Shown here: one piece after another, positions 9,040 through 19,364 of the stretch
Position numbering within the stretch: the stretch's first letter is position 1
Layout of the letters: every line of letters begins with the position of its first letter
Assembly (NCBI GenBank): GCA_963666115.2
Contig: CAXXET010000004.1
Span: 256,001-320,000, forward strand
Direction: 5' to 3'
Source of the DNA: Dehalococcoidia bacterium
Lineage (GTDB): Bacteria > Chloroflexota > Dehalococcoidia > UBA6926
Length of the DNA: 64,000 nt
Position numbers and translations under genes: made by a program
Notes under the pieces: generated by a model
What the model was told of the DNA's origin: nothing
What the model saw: the letters and a program-made list of their open reading frames with translations, nothing else
Database searches by the model: none

Positions 9040-10119
9040 TTACTCAAGCCAGTTTAGCAGGCGGGTTTGGGGCCAATCTATTGTGATTTGGGTGGTTGTG
9101 TTTGGGTGGGGGCGTGTGGTGGCGGTTGTGATGGGGGCGCGGGCGTGGAGGGTTTCGCCTTGGACGTCCAGCGTTACGTCGTACATGCCGCCCTGGAGGG
9201 TTACTTCGACGATTGTTGCCGATAGCGCGGGGGGGTCATCGTTGGCGGCGGTGTGGGTGTCGGGCTGGTGGAGGGTTGCGGCCTCCGGGGGGATTAGGGC
9301 TGTGCATTGGGGGGTGGCGGGGATTTCTGCGGGGCGCCAGACGCCAAGGGCGCAGCGGGCTTCGTTCGTGCCGTCCTCGCGGGTTGAGAGTTCGCAGGGG
9401 AAGAGGTTTTCGTGGCCGAGGAATCTTGCGACGAAGGGGGTGGCGGGGTTGAGCCAGACTTCTTCCGGGGGGCCGTGCTGGACGGCTTTGCCTTGCTCCA
9501 AGACGAGGATGTCGTCGGCGACGGCGAATGCTTCATCGTGGTCGTGGGTGACGTAGATGAGGGTCACGCCCTCGTGGTCGCGGATATGGCGGACCTCCTG
9601 CGCCAGCTCCTCGCGGAGGCGGCGGTCTAGCGCGCCGAGCGGCTCATCGAGCATCAGGAGGCGGGGACGGGGGGCCAAGGAGCGGGCAAGGGCGACGCGC
9701 TGCTGCTCACCGCCAGAAATGGCATCGACGGAGCGGCCGGCAAGCGGCGCAATTCGCATCAGTTCCAGCAGCTCATCGACGCGTCGTTCGATTTGCCCGG
9801 CCTCCCATCGTTGGCTGCGCAGGCCGAACGCGATGTTGTCGCGGACGTTGAGGTGCGGGAAGAGGGCGAGGTCCTGGTGCATGAGGCCGAAGCCGCGGCG
9901 ATGAGGCGGGATGCCGTTCAGCGATTCGCCGTTCATGGCGGCCTCCCCGCCGTCAGGGGTTTCAAGCCCGGCGATGAGGCGGAGGAGGGTGCTTTTGCCG
10001 CAGCCGCTGGGGCCGAGGACTGCGAGAGATTTGCCTTCGTCCAGGTTGAAGGAGACATCCGCCAGGGCGAGAGAGGCGCCGGCGTCATAACTCTTGGTGA
10101 GGGCGGTTATTTGCAGCAC
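9040..10119 (-). CDS. thiQ: thiamine ABC transporter ATP-binding protein
   Basis: GPSGCGKS, ISGGEQQR, LMLDEP; in an operon under a TPP riboswitch. Confidence 0.85.
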   Translation of the reverse strand: MLQITALTKSYDAGASLALADVSFNLDEGKSLAVLGPSGCGKSTLLRLIAGLETPDGGEAAMNGESLNGIPPHRRGFGLMHQDLALFPHLNVRDNIAFGLRSQRWEAGQIERRVDELLELMRIAPLAGRSVDAISGGEQQRVALARSLAPRPRLLMLDEPLGALDRRLREELAQEVRHIRDHEGVTLIYVTHDHDEAFAVADDILVLEQGKAVQHGPPEEVWLNPATPFVARFLGHENLFPCELSTREDGTNEARCALGVWRPAEIPATPQCTALIPPEAATLHQPDTHTAANDDPPALSATIVEVTLQGGMYDVTLDVQGETLHARAPITTATTRPHPNTTTQITIDWPQTRLLNWLE

Positions 10120-10144
10120 GTGGGCTCCTGGTAATGAGTTTTTG

Positions 10145-10191
10145 GATTCTTCGCTGCGCTCAGAATGACATGTGGGGCGCTCAGAATGACA
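10145..10191. repeat. REP-like palindrome family B (GATTCTTCGCTGCGCTCAGAATGACA) plus a partial tandem copy
   Basis: Other copies at 34093, 35144, 44129, 52623, 56163, 63860; the same full+partial arrangement occurs at 56163-56208. Confidence 0.9.
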
Positions 10192-10196
10192 TTTCT

Positions 10197-11861
10197 CTAG
10201 AACTCTCCCCAGCCTCGGTAGCGGGCGCGCTCGATTAGGAAGAATCCGGCGCCGGCGACCACCATCAGCACTGTGCTCATGGCGAGGGCGCTGGCGAGAT
10301 TGGCCGCTCCCGGACGCGTCAGGTAATTCAGGATGGCGACGGGCATGGTGGTGTATTCGGGGCGATTCAGGAGGAGGGTCGCGCCGAACTCGCCGAGGGA
10401 GACGGCGAAGGCGAAGACGCTTGCGACGAGGATGGCGCGGGACAGGATGGGGAGGTCAACGCGGGCGGCGGCGGCGAGAGGGCTTGCGCCAAGCATCCAC
10501 GCGGCCTCACGCAGATGGGGGCGGATGGCTCGCATCGTCGACAACACCACCCGTATGACGAACGGGTACGCGATGAGGGTGTGGGCGAGGATGATGGGGA
10601 CGACCGTGGTTCGCACGTCGAACGCGCCGATCCTCAGGCTGAGCAGGTAGCCGAGGCCGAGCGTGACGGCGGAGACGCCGAGCGGCAGCATGTACAGGGC
10701 GTCCAGCGGGTTGCGCCACCACGCGCGGGGGTTTCTCAAGCCGTACGCGGCAAGGACGCCGAGCGGGACGGCGAGAACGACGGTCACGGCGGCAAACGCA
10801 AGCGAGTTCCTTATAGCGTTGACCGGCGAGATGTAGAAATACTCGTTGCGGTCGTTGGACATGATGGCCGTGTAGCCGTCCAGCCCAAGCCCGTCCGGCG
10901 TGATGAATGAGCGCAGGAGCAGGGCGAGCGGCGGCGACAGGACGAGGAACACGGAGGCCAGCGCGCCAAGCCGGATGATGTAGTCCGCCGGGGAACGGCT
11001 CGCGGACGCAGTTGCGCCCTGGGCGCGGAGTCGAATGCGGGTCACAGCCGCCGACTGGAGCTTGACGTACGCCCACAACATGCCGAACGTCGCAATGAGT
11101 TGGGTGAGGGCGAGGGCGGCGGCAATGTGGGGCCTGAACAGCTTTGTCATGAGTGTGTAGATTTCCACTTCCAGCGTTGCGTGCTCAGGCGCGCCGAGGA
11201 TCAGGATGATACCAAAGCTCGTGAAGGTGAACAGGAAGATGAGCGCGGATGCGGCCGCCACCGCAGGCAGCAAAAGCGGCAGTGTCACGGTGAAAAAAAC
11301 GCGGCGGGGCGACGCGCCCAACATGGCGGCGGCCTCCTGCACCGCCGGATCCATGTTCGCCCAGAACGTGGAGAGGAGGCGCACGACGATGGCGTACTCA
11401 TAGACCACGTGGGCGATGAGGATAATCGCGAACGTGTTAAGGAGGTTGACGGGAGGCGCGTCGAATCCGAACAGGCCCGTCAGCGCGTCGTTGAGCAGGC
11501 CCGACGGGCCGAGGAGGGAGAGCAAACCAAGCGCCATGACGATGGGGGGGAGGATGAACGGAATGGTGATCGCGGCAAGGAGCGCGCTCCGGCCCCGGAA
11601 CCGGTGGCGCGCGAAGACGTAGGCGGACGGCAGGCCGAAAGCGAGAGCGAGGACGGTCGATAGAGCCGCCTGCCCTACCGTAAAGGCGAAGCGGCCCCGG
11701 AGGTAGGGATCGCTCGCGGCGTCGACGAACGGCGCGAGTATGCCCTGCCCGTCCCACCCGAGGCCGACACGCATGACGCTGACAAGCGGCCACGCGAACG
11801 CCACCAGCAGGAATCCCAGGGGCAGGCCAATCCGCGCAATGCGCCACACGCCCGCCATCAT
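10197..11861 (-). CDS. thiP: thiamine ABC transporter permease
   Basis: Duplicated permease domains with two EAA motifs (QEAAAMLGAS, REAAWMLGAS); start uncertain (11894 possible). Confidence 0.85.
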   Translation of the reverse strand: MMAGVWRIARIGLPLGFLLVAFAWPLVSVMRVGLGWDGQGILAPFVDAASDPYLRGRFAFTVGQAALSTVLALAFGLPSAYVFARHRFRGRSALLAAITIPFILPPIVMALGLLSLLGPSGLLNDALTGLFGFDAPPVNLLNTFAIILIAHVVYEYAIVVRLLSTFWANMDPAVQEAAAMLGASPRRVFFTVTLPLLLPAVAAASALIFLFTFTSFGIILILGAPEHATLEVEIYTLMTKLFRPHIAAALALTQLIATFGMLWAYVKLQSAAVTRIRLRAQGATASASRSPADYIIRLGALASVFLVLSPPLALLLRSFITPDGLGLDGYTAIMSNDRNEYFYISPVNAIRNSLAFAAVTVVLAVPLGVLAAYGLRNPRAWWRNPLDALYMLPLGVSAVTLGLGYLLSLRIGAFDVRTTVVPIILAHTLIAYPFVIRVVLSTMRAIRPHLREAAWMLGASPLAAAARVDLPILSRAILVASVFAFAVSLGEFGATLLLNRPEYTTMPVAILNYLTRPGAANLASALAMSTVLMVVAGAGFFLIERARYRGWGEF

Positions 11862-11869
11862 GTGGCCGC

Positions 11870-12937
11870 CTATCCGCGCATTAGCGCAGTCCATTCATCG
11901 ATCCAGCGTTCACGCCCCTCCGCAATCGTCCTTGGGCTAAGCTGCGCCGGGTCATCGGGGATAGGAGCGAAGTCGAATACGTCCGGCAATTCCGCCTGCT
12001 CGTTCACCGGATAGACCCACATCAGGGTGGGAAAGTGCTCCTGGAACCGGCGGTCCATCATGAAGTCCACGAATTGCTGCGCGAGCTCCTCGTTGCGGAC
12101 GCCCTCCAGGATGCCGATGCCCTCGATCTGCATGAACGCGGAGTTGTCGCCCAACACGTTGGCCGTTGGCGGCTCCGTCAGCGCGCCCTCCGAGTAAAAC
12201 ACCTCTGCCGCCGGGCTGCTCGTATAGCTGACGACGATGGGACGGTCGCCCTCATACAACGAAAAGGCCGTGTAATAGGCATCCGTCCATCCGTCCGTGA
12301 CGAGAACCTCGTTGTCATGCAGGTCCGTCCAGTAGTCCTGCCACGTATAGTCCCCGTCCTCGCCAAATGCGGCGACAGTCGCAAGCAGGAACGCAAGGCC
12401 GGGCGATGACGTGGCGGGATTCTGCACGACGGTCAGGCCACTGTAGGTTTCCTCGGTCAGGGAGCCCAAATCCGTTGGCGGGGCGACGCCGTTCTCCTCG
12501 AACCACGCGATGTCGTAGTTCAGGGCGACGAAGCCAAAGTCGACGGGCATGACGTGGTTGGAGGAGTCAAGACGGTATTTGCCGGGCACCTTTTCAAGCA
12601 TCGGCGACTCATACTCGATGAATATCTCCTCGTCCAACGCCCTGCCAAGGAATGTGTTGTCGATGCCGTAGAGCAGGTCCGCAATCGGCGCGTCCTTGGC
12701 CAGGATGGCCTTGGTGAGGGCCTCGCCGGCATCGCCGGACTTGAGGATTGTGATTGTGGCGTCATGCTCAGCTTCGAACTCCGCGATGACATCTTCACCG
12801 ACATTGAAGCTGTCGTGCGACATTATGATCAGGTCACGCGGCGGCGGTTCCGTGTTGATGCTGACATTGAAGTTGTCACAGGCCGCGGCCGCCGCCGCCA
12901 GCATGATGATGAGTGCGATTGCCATTACACGATCCAT
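11870..12937 (-). CDS. thiB: thiamine ABC transporter substrate-binding lipoprotein
   Basis: Lipobox AAAC; SHDSF, NPATSSPGLAFL, VVSYTSSP motifs of ThiB/TbpA. Confidence 0.9.
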   Translation of the reverse strand: MDRVMAIALIIMLAAAAAACDNFNVSINTEPPPRDLIIMSHDSFNVGEDVIAEFEAEHDATITILKSGDAGEALTKAILAKDAPIADLLYGIDNTFLGRALDEEIFIEYESPMLEKVPGKYRLDSSNHVMPVDFGFVALNYDIAWFEENGVAPPTDLGSLTEETYSGLTVVQNPATSSPGLAFLLATVAAFGEDGDYTWQDYWTDLHDNEVLVTDGWTDAYYTAFSLYEGDRPIVVSYTSSPAAEVFYSEGALTEPPTANVLGDNSAFMQIEGIGILEGVRNEELAQQFVDFMMDRRFQEHFPTLMWVYPVNEQAELPDVFDFAPIPDDPAQLSPRTIAEGRERWIDEWTALMRG

Positions 12938-12961
12938 GATTTGCCCTCCATGACCCTCATC

Positions 12962-12992
12962 AAAAAAACAAAGCCGCTGAACATGTCAGCGG
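12962..12992 (-). terminator. intrinsic terminator of the riboswitch expression platform
   Basis: Minus strand GCCGCTGA-CATGT-TCAGCGGC followed by TTTGTTTTTTT. Confidence 0.75.
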
Positions 12993-13029
12993 CGCTCATT
13001 GCAATCCGGAAACGCCGGGGCGTTTCCGC

Positions 13030-13132
13030 AGCCTCTTCCCTCCGCTGGCATTACCCAGCTCAGGTTCCGACGGTCGCCCCGATTCATGTGTCGGGGCCTC
13101 TCAGCCGGGCTCACCCAGCTCCCGCAAGACCC
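13030..13132 (-). promoter_or_regulatory. TPP (THI-box) riboswitch
   Basis: Minus strand GGGAGC...GCTGAGAG...GACCGTCGGAACCTGAGCTGGGTAATGCCAGCGGAGGGAAG upstream of thiB. Confidence 0.93.
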
Positions 13133-13273
13133 TATTCAGTTGTTACTGGCGACCAGTTTACCTGCCAAGGCGCGCACTGTCCATCAACCCTGACGCGCCA
13201 TTCGTTCGCCAAATCGTTAGAATATGTCGCAATGGACGGAACGCGCGTGACCATGCCGTATGCGGTCTAGGAC

Positions 13274-14215
13274 ATGTTAAAGGGAGCACGACCAACCGAT
13301 ATTGCCGGCCTGCTCGGGCTGGCGTCCCGCCCCACCATGAACCACGCCTACCCGTATACGCGGCTGGGGCAGGAGGCGGGCGTGGAGCGATCCGTCGCGC
13401 GGGTGGTGGGCGCGGCGTCCCTTCCCAGGAAAGGCGAAACGCTCGCAGTCGTCCTCAAGGACGGCGACGGGCCGGGCGGGCTGGCCATCGTCCGGGGCGC
13501 GCAGGGCGGAACGTCGTGGGAAATCGAGCACCTGCTGGTTCCGCCGGACGCGGAAGGGCTGTGCGCCGAACTGCTGCCGCAGCTCGACAGGATGCTACGC
13601 CCAAAGAAAGGGACGACCATTTTTCTCCGCGTGTCGGACGATAGCCCGCTGTCCGAGACGGCAGGCAGCGCCGGATTCCGCAGCTACGCGGAGGAAGAGC
13701 TGTACGTGCGGCCCGCCGGGGACCGCGCGCCGCGTGAGATGCCCGCCGATATCAGCATCAGGGTTCTTACCGAACCTGCGGATTTCCGGTTATTCCGTCT
13801 CCACACGTCGTGGGCCCCCGTTGACATGCGCGCGGCGGACGGGATGACGGCGCCAGAGTGGGAGGCGTCGTTGGCGACGCGGTGGATCGACGTGCGAAAG
13901 ACGACGGATATTGTGGCGTCCGTGAAGGGCGGGGATGCCGGCTGGGTGAGGTTTGGGCAGGCAGGCTCCAACGCCGTGATAGCCCGATGCGCCGCGTTAG
14001 CCCATCAGCCGGAGGCCGTTGAGGCGCTCATTGAATTCGTCATCCAGTCATCGGGGCGGTCACGCACAATCATGTTCCTGACGCCAACTCACGATGGGGC
14101 CACGTCCCGCGCATTGACGCTGCGTGGATTCCGAGTAGAGGCGGCATACAAGAGCTTTGCCTGCCAAATGGGGCAGCGCGTCGTAGAGGGCGCATTCGCC
14201 CCCGTCGGTCTCTAG
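13274..14215 (+). CDS. hypothetical protein, probable tandem GNAT-like fold
   Basis: 313 aa; WEIEHL and two GF motifs (AGF, RGF) ending each half. Confidence 0.55.
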   Translation: MLKGARPTDIAGLLGLASRPTMNHAYPYTRLGQEAGVERSVARVVGAASLPRKGETLAVVLKDGDGPGGLAIVRGAQGGTSWEIEHLLVPPDAEGLCAELLPQLDRMLRPKKGTTIFLRVSDDSPLSETAGSAGFRSYAEEELYVRPAGDRAPREMPADISIRVLTEPADFRLFRLHTSWAPVDMRAADGMTAPEWEASLATRWIDVRKTTDIVASVKGGDAGWVRFGQAGSNAVIARCAALAHQPEAVEALIEFVIQSSGRSRTIMFLTPTHDGATSRALTLRGFRVEAAYKSFACQMGQRVVEGAFAPVGL

Positions 14216-14264
14216 CGCATGGCAGAATTAATGGCGTGTGCGGTAAGCTCAAAGCAGGGTATTC

Positions 14265-15887
14265 ATGGTCGAAAGGGGTACACGTTTGGAGCAGCAGGTC
14301 TACGTTGCCAGCGAGTCGGATTCCGACGATATGGAGGCGCTGTACTCCGCGCTGCCGCCGCGCATCTCCATGCCGCTTCGCGCCCACGGCAACGCGGACC
14401 AGCTCCTTGAGATCGTCCTGGACCTTGGCCGCAAGCCCGAGGCCCGCTTCCTCGACGCCGAGATTGAGTTGAACGACGCGGAGATCACGTCGGAGGACCT
14501 CGACTACATCGTCGGGCGCGTCGGCGAGTTCAACGACGACAACCGCGCGGGAATCGAGCGCACGCTGCACCGCATCTCCGCGATCAAGAACCGGCAGGGG
14601 CGCGTCGTGGGAATCACGTGCCGCGTGGGTCGGGCAATCTTCGGAACGATCACGATCATCGAAGACCTCATCACGGAGGGCGGCAATATCCTGCTGCTTG
14701 GGCGTCCGGGCATCGGCAAGACGACGATGCTCCGCGAAGTGGCGCGCGTCCTGGCGGACGATGCGCTGCGCCGCGTAATCATCGTCGACACGTCCAATGA
14801 GATTGCCGGGGACGGCGACATTCCGCATCCCTCGTTGGGTCATGCCCGGCGTATGCAGGTGCCGCAGCCGCACCAGCAGCACCGGGTGATGATCGAGGCC
14901 GTGGAGAACCACATGCCGGAGGTCATCATCATCGATGAAATCGGCACGGAAGCGGAGGCTGCCGCGGCGCGCACCATAGCGGAACGCGGCGTCCAGCTCA
15001 TCGGCACGGCGCACGGCAACCGCCTGGACAACCTGGTTCAGAACCCGACCCTCGCCGATCTTGTGGGCGGCATACAGGCCGTGACGTTGGGCGATGAGGA
15101 GGCGCGGCGGCGCCGCACACGCAAGACGGTGCTCGAGCGGAAAGCGCCGCCAACGTTCAACGTTGTGGTAGAGATTCGCAGCCGCACTGAGGTTGCCGTT
15201 CACGCCGACGTGGCGCGGACGGTGGACATGATGCTGCGCGGCGCGCCGCCGCGTCCGCAGGCCAGAAAGATCAGCGACGAAGGAGCGGTTGAGGAAACCG
15301 AGGGCGACCAGGAGTCTTTTGAGTCGATCGGCCCGGCTCGCCCGGCCTACCAGATGGACGAGGAGCGGGAACTGGATGAGACGCGCGAGGCGGACTACCG
15401 GCGAACGTCTGCCGACGTCTTTGCGCACGGCATCGGGCGGGGAAAGCTGGAGGAGACGCTGTACACGCTCAGCCTGCCGTTCCGCGTGGTGGATTCCATC
15501 AGTTCCGCAGACGTGATGCTGACGACAAAGCAACTGTACCGGCGGCGCACACCGGCGGTGAGGACGGCGGAGGAGAACCACGTTCCCGTGTACGTTCTTC
15601 GCAAGAACACGCCGATACAGCTTGAGCAGGCGCTCCAGGCCATCGCGCACTCACGCGGCATGGCGGAGGACATCGAGTCCGTCCTGGAGGACACGGAGGA
15701 ATCGCTGCAGCGGGTTGTGGCAGGGGACGTGGATGAGATCGAATTGAGGCCGCAGAACGCGTACATCCGCAGGCTCCAGCACCAGATGGCGCAGGAGGCA
15801 AGCCTGCAATCGCATTCAAACGGGCGGGAACCGAACCGGCGCGTCCGGGTCTACCGGGCAAGCGAAGCCATCGGGGCCGGGCGTTAG
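14265..15887 (+). CDS. Ycf45/SpoIIIAA-like AAA ATPase with C-terminal R3H domain
   Basis: LDLGR, GIERTLHRIS, GRPGIGKTT, IIIDEIG, TAHG; RRLQH R3H motif. Confidence 0.88.
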   Translation: MVERGTRLEQQVYVASESDSDDMEALYSALPPRISMPLRAHGNADQLLEIVLDLGRKPEARFLDAEIELNDAEITSEDLDYIVGRVGEFNDDNRAGIERTLHRISAIKNRQGRVVGITCRVGRAIFGTITIIEDLITEGGNILLLGRPGIGKTTMLREVARVLADDALRRVIIVDTSNEIAGDGDIPHPSLGHARRMQVPQPHQQHRVMIEAVENHMPEVIIIDEIGTEAEAAAARTIAERGVQLIGTAHGNRLDNLVQNPTLADLVGGIQAVTLGDEEARRRRTRKTVLERKAPPTFNVVVEIRSRTEVAVHADVARTVDMMLRGAPPRPQARKISDEGAVEETEGDQESFESIGPARPAYQMDEERELDETREADYRRTSADVFAHGIGRGKLEETLYTLSLPFRVVDSISSADVMLTTKQLYRRRTPAVRTAEENHVPVYVLRKNTPIQLEQALQAIAHSRGMAEDIESVLEDTEESLQRVVAGDVDEIELRPQNAYIRRLQHQMAQEASLQSHSNGREPNRRVRVYRASEAIGAGR

Positions 15888-15894
15888 CGCAGCC

Positions 15895-16593
15895 GTGGGC
15901 ATCTTCATCACGTTCGAGGGGTGCGACGGCGCCGGCAAGACGACGCAGGCCGCCCTGCTTGCCGAACGGCTTGCGGGACGCGAGGCGGTTATGATGCTGC
16001 GCGAACCGGGAGGCACGGAACTGGGTGATTTCATCTACTCTTACGTGCGGCACCAGAGCGACCACCCCGCGCAGCAGGGCTTCTTCCCGGAGCTTGGCAG
16101 CCCCGGCTTCCCCGGCAAGGTTGCGCCGATAGCCGAGTTGTTCCTCTTCGCCGCGGCGCGCGCCCAACTCGTCATCCAGGTTGTGCAGCCCGCGCTGGAG
16201 CGGGGAGAGGTCATCATCTGCGACCGCTTTGCGGACTCAACGACCGCGTACCAAGGCTATGGGCGGGGACTGGCCCGCGACCAGGTGGACCAGATCAACG
16301 CGATTGCCACACGCGGCGTACGGCCGGGCCTGACGATTCTGTTGGACATCGATCCTGACGAAGGGCTGTCCCGCGTTCCCCGGAAGCGCGACCGCATGGA
16401 AGAAGAGTTGAGCAGGTTCAACAATCGCGTGCGAGACGGCTACCTGGAAATCGCGGACGCCGAGCCGGATCGGTTCCTCGTGCTGGACGCGGCGCGGCCC
16501 GAACAGGAACTGCATGAACTGATCTGGGAGCGCGTGTGCCTGCTGCTCAATATCGACTCCCCCGCCGCGCAGCCCGCCCAGATGCTGCTGTAG
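15895..16593 (+). CDS. tmk: thymidylate kinase
   Basis: [29 protein letters not shown]. Confidence 0.95.
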   Translation: MGIFITFEGCDGAGKTTQAALLAERLAGREAVMMLREPGGTELGDFIYSYVRHQSDHPAQQGFFPELGSPGFPGKVAPIAELFLFAAARAQLVIQVVQPALERGEVIICDRFADSTTAYQGYGRGLARDQVDQINAIATRGVRPGLTILLDIDPDEGLSRVPRKRDRMEEELSRFNNRVRDGYLEIADAEPDRFLVLDAARPEQELHELIWERVCLLLNIDSPAAQPAQMLL

Positions 16594-16609
16594 CGCCCCC
16601 AAAAACGCC

Positions 16610-18082
16610 ATGACAACCGACGACGCTCTCTACCACCTGCCCGCCCATGAGGCCTCGCGCCTATTGGCCGCAGGCGAGATCAGCGCGATTGAGTTGACCG
16701 AGGCGGCGCTGGGCCGCATCGAGGCGGTCGAACCGCAGATTCGCGGCCTCGTCACGGTAACTGCGGAGCAGGCGCGCGCAGCAGCGCAGCAGGCGGATCA
16801 ACGCATCCGAGACGGCAGCGCAACGCCCCTAACCGGCATCCCGCTCGTGCTCAAGGACAACATGTGCACGGAGGGCATCCTTACGACGTGCTCCTCCCAC
16901 ATGCTGGAGAACTTCGTGCCGCCCTACACTGCGACGGCGGCGCAGAAACTGCTTGACGCCGGAGCGGTCATGGTCGGCAAGTCCAACATGGACGAGTTCG
17001 CGATGGGGTCGTCCACCGAGAACTCCGCGTTTTTCCCCACGCGCAATCCCTGGGCCGCGGACCGCGTGCCGGGGGGGTCATCGGGAGGGTCGGCGGCAGC
17101 GGTGGCGGCGGGCGAGACCCTCATCGCGCTCGGCTCAGACACCGGCGGCTCAATCAGGCAGCCGGCGTCATTCTGCGGGGTGGTCGGCATCAAGCCGACC
17201 TATGGTACGGTGAGCCGTCTCGGGCTGATCGCCTTTGCATCGTCGCTCGATCAGATTGGCCCGCTGGCGTCGAACGTGACGGACGCGGCCCTGACCCTGA
17301 ACGCCATCACGGGCTACGACTCAATGGATTCAACGTCCATACGGCGGGAGGCGCCGGACTACACGCAGGCGCTGGTCCCCGACGTGCGCGGCATGAAGAT
17401 CGGCGTCGTCAAGGAGATGTTCCGGGAGGGCGTGGAGCCGCAGGTGCGCGACACCGTGCTGGCTGCCGCGCGGGCGCTGGAAGAGGCAGGCGCGATAGTG
17501 GACTGGGAGGTCTCGCTGCCGTTGACGCAGTACGCGCTGCCCGTCTACTACATCCTCGCGCCGTCCGAGGCATCGTCCAACCTTGCGCGGTACGACGGCG
17601 TCAAGTACGGCTATTCGTGGGACGGCGCGGCGGACATGTGGGAAGGGATGGAGCGGACGCGGCAGCACGGCTTTGGACCTGAGGTGAAGCGGCGCATCCT
17701 GCTGGGCGCCTACGCGCTCTCGTCCGGGTATTACGATGCCTACTACCGCAAGGCGCAGCAGGTGCGGACGCTGATTCGCCGCGAGTACGAGGACGCTTTC
17801 ACGCGGTTTGACGTGCTGTTGACGCCAACGTCGCCGACGCTGCCGTTTGGCCTGGGGGAGCGGACGAACGACCCTCTCGCAATGTACCTGGCGGATATCT
17901 GCACGATTCCAGTGAACATCGCGGGCGTGCCGGCGATCAGTTTGCCGTGCGGGTTTGTGGACGGGCTGCCGGTGGGCTTGCAGCTCATTGGGCCGTCTCT
18001 GGGGGAGGAGGCGATACTGCGGGCGGCTTACACTTATGAGCAGGCGACGGGGTGGCATGGGATGCGGGCGGAGGTGGGATAG
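16610..18082 (+). CDS. gatA: Asp/Glu-tRNA amidotransferase subunit A
   Basis: [47 protein letters not shown]. Confidence 0.97.
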   Translation: MTTDDALYHLPAHEASRLLAAGEISAIELTEAALGRIEAVEPQIRGLVTVTAEQARAAAQQADQRIRDGSATPLTGIPLVLKDNMCTEGILTTCSSHMLENFVPPYTATAAQKLLDAGAVMVGKSNMDEFAMGSSTENSAFFPTRNPWAADRVPGGSSGGSAAAVAAGETLIALGSDTGGSIRQPASFCGVVGIKPTYGTVSRLGLIAFASSLDQIGPLASNVTDAALTLNAITGYDSMDSTSIRREAPDYTQALVPDVRGMKIGVVKEMFREGVEPQVRDTVLAAARALEEAGAIVDWEVSLPLTQYALPVYYILAPSEASSNLARYDGVKYGYSWDGAADMWEGMERTRQHGFGPEVKRRILLGAYALSSGYYDAYYRKAQQVRTLIRREYEDAFTRFDVLLTPTSPTLPFGLGERTNDPLAMYLADICTIPVNIAGVPAISLPCGFVDGLPVGLQLIGPSLGEEAILRAAYTYEQATGWHGMRAEVG

Positions 18083-18125
18083 CGGGTTCCCGCTCATAGT
18101 CGCGCAAGAGGCGAGTTAGCAGGCG

Positions 18126-18149
18126 TATAATCTAGACAGACTGGCTAGA
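18126..18149 (+). promoter_or_regulatory. -10 box and palindromic operator of the vapBC operon
   Basis: TATAAT followed by imperfect inverted repeat CTAGACAG-A-CTGGCTAG. Confidence 0.55.
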
Positions 18150-18156
18150 TGGGAGG

Positions 18157-18408
18157 GTGAGCATGGGCGAGTGGAAACTCCAAGACGCCAAGAACCAGTT
18201 CAGTGCAGTCGTGGATGCCGCAGTGGGCGGCGAACCTCAGCAGGTGACGCGGCGCGGAAAGCCGGCGGTCGTCGTCCTTTCGTGCGACGACTACGAGCGA
18301 CTTAAGAGGATGGAGAACAAGCGCTTCGTTGAACTCCTCTTGTCCATGCCCCAGGACGATGGAGAATTCGAGCGCATACCCGTAGAACCTCGGGACGTCG
18401 AGTTCTGA
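18157..18408 (+). CDS. Phd/YefM family antitoxin
   Basis: WKLQDAKNQFSAVVD...PQQVTRRGKPAVVV. Confidence 0.9.
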   Translation: MSMGEWKLQDAKNQFSAVVDAAVGGEPQQVTRRGKPAVVVLSCDDYERLKRMENKRFVELLLSMPQDDGEFERIPVEPRDVEF

Positions 18409-18815
18409 TGTATCTGTTGGACACGGACGTGCTCTCAGCTCTGAGACGCCGTCAACGAAATCCGGCCGTTGAAGAATGGTACACGCGGCAGAGCAGTTCC
18501 GATCTGCACATAAGCGTCATCACTCTCGGCGAGGTCCAAAGGGGTGTTTCACAGGAGGCGCGGCGCAATTCCGAGTTCGCGGACGATCTTGCCAAATGGT
18601 TCCAGCGAGTTGTCACAGAGTTTGGCGATCGAGTCCTGCCGGTTGATTTGGGGGTGGCACAGTGCTGGGGGCAGTTGACTATCGATATCGGCAACAGGAA
18701 CCCTGACTTGCTGATAGCCGCGACGGCGTTGGAGCGCGGCCTGACCATCGTCACCCGCAATGTCCGCCACTTTGTGCCAACCGGCGTAAGGATCGTCAAC
18801 CCGTTCGAAGCCTAA
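18408..18815 (+). CDS. vapC: VapC PIN-domain toxin
   Basis: MYLLDTDV, E in TLGEV, DLLIAATA, VTRNVRHF; translationally coupled to the antitoxin. Confidence 0.9.
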   Translation: MYLLDTDVLSALRRRQRNPAVEEWYTRQSSSDLHISVITLGEVQRGVSQEARRNSEFADDLAKWFQRVVTEFGDRVLPVDLGVAQCWGQLTIDIGNRNPDLLIAATALERGLTIVTRNVRHFVPTGVRIVNPFEA

Positions 18816-18875
18816 CCGCAGTTCGGCCCGCCCCTGCCCTGACGTTGTTTGCATAGAATCGGTATGATTCTATGC

Positions 18876-19358
18876 ATGGATGATATTCTTCGGATTCTTG
18901 AGCAGGATGCGCGGACGCCGCCGGAACGCATTGCGGAGATGACGGGGCGGTCCGTTGAGGACGTGCGCGCCGCTATCGCGGAGGCGGAACAGAACAGCGT
19001 CATCCTGTCGTACCGTTCCCAGGTCAACTGGGACGTGGTCGGCAGCGGCGGCGTTCATGCCCTCATCGAGGTGAAAGTCGCGCCGCAGCGGGACGTCGGT
19101 TTCGATTCCGTTGCGACGCGCATCGCCCGGTTCCCGGAGGTGCGCTCCATGCACCTGGTCTCCGGCGATTTCGATCTCGCAGTCCAGGTAACCGGAGAGA
19201 GCATCTACGCCGTATCCAACTTCGTGACGAACAAGCTGGCCGTGCTCGATGCCGTGCAGGGAACGGTGACCCACTTCATCCTCAAGCGGTACAAGGAAGA
19301 CGGCACGCTGTTTGACACCCGCGACGATGGGCCGCAGCGCCTGCCGGTTTCGATGTAG
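18876..19358 (+). CDS. Lrp/AsnC family regulator
   Basis: ILEQDAR HTH; HLVSGDFDL RAM domain; THFILKRYK. Confidence 0.9.
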   Translation: MDDILRILEQDARTPPERIAEMTGRSVEDVRAAIAEAEQNSVILSYRSQVNWDVVGSGGVHALIEVKVAPQRDVGFDSVATRIARFPEVRSMHLVSGDFDLAVQVTGESIYAVSNFVTNKLAVLDAVQGTVTHFILKRYKEDGTLFDTRDDGPQRLPVSM

Positions 19359-19364
19359 GCGCTG

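Noticed and set aside
7487-9556. 689-aa + strand ORF
   Set aside because: Antisense shadow of the helicase and thiQ genes in high-GC DNA; no motifs.
14070-15650. 526-aa - strand ORF (similar shadows at 26043-27284 and 37454-38761)
   Set aside because: Antisense to well-supported genes.
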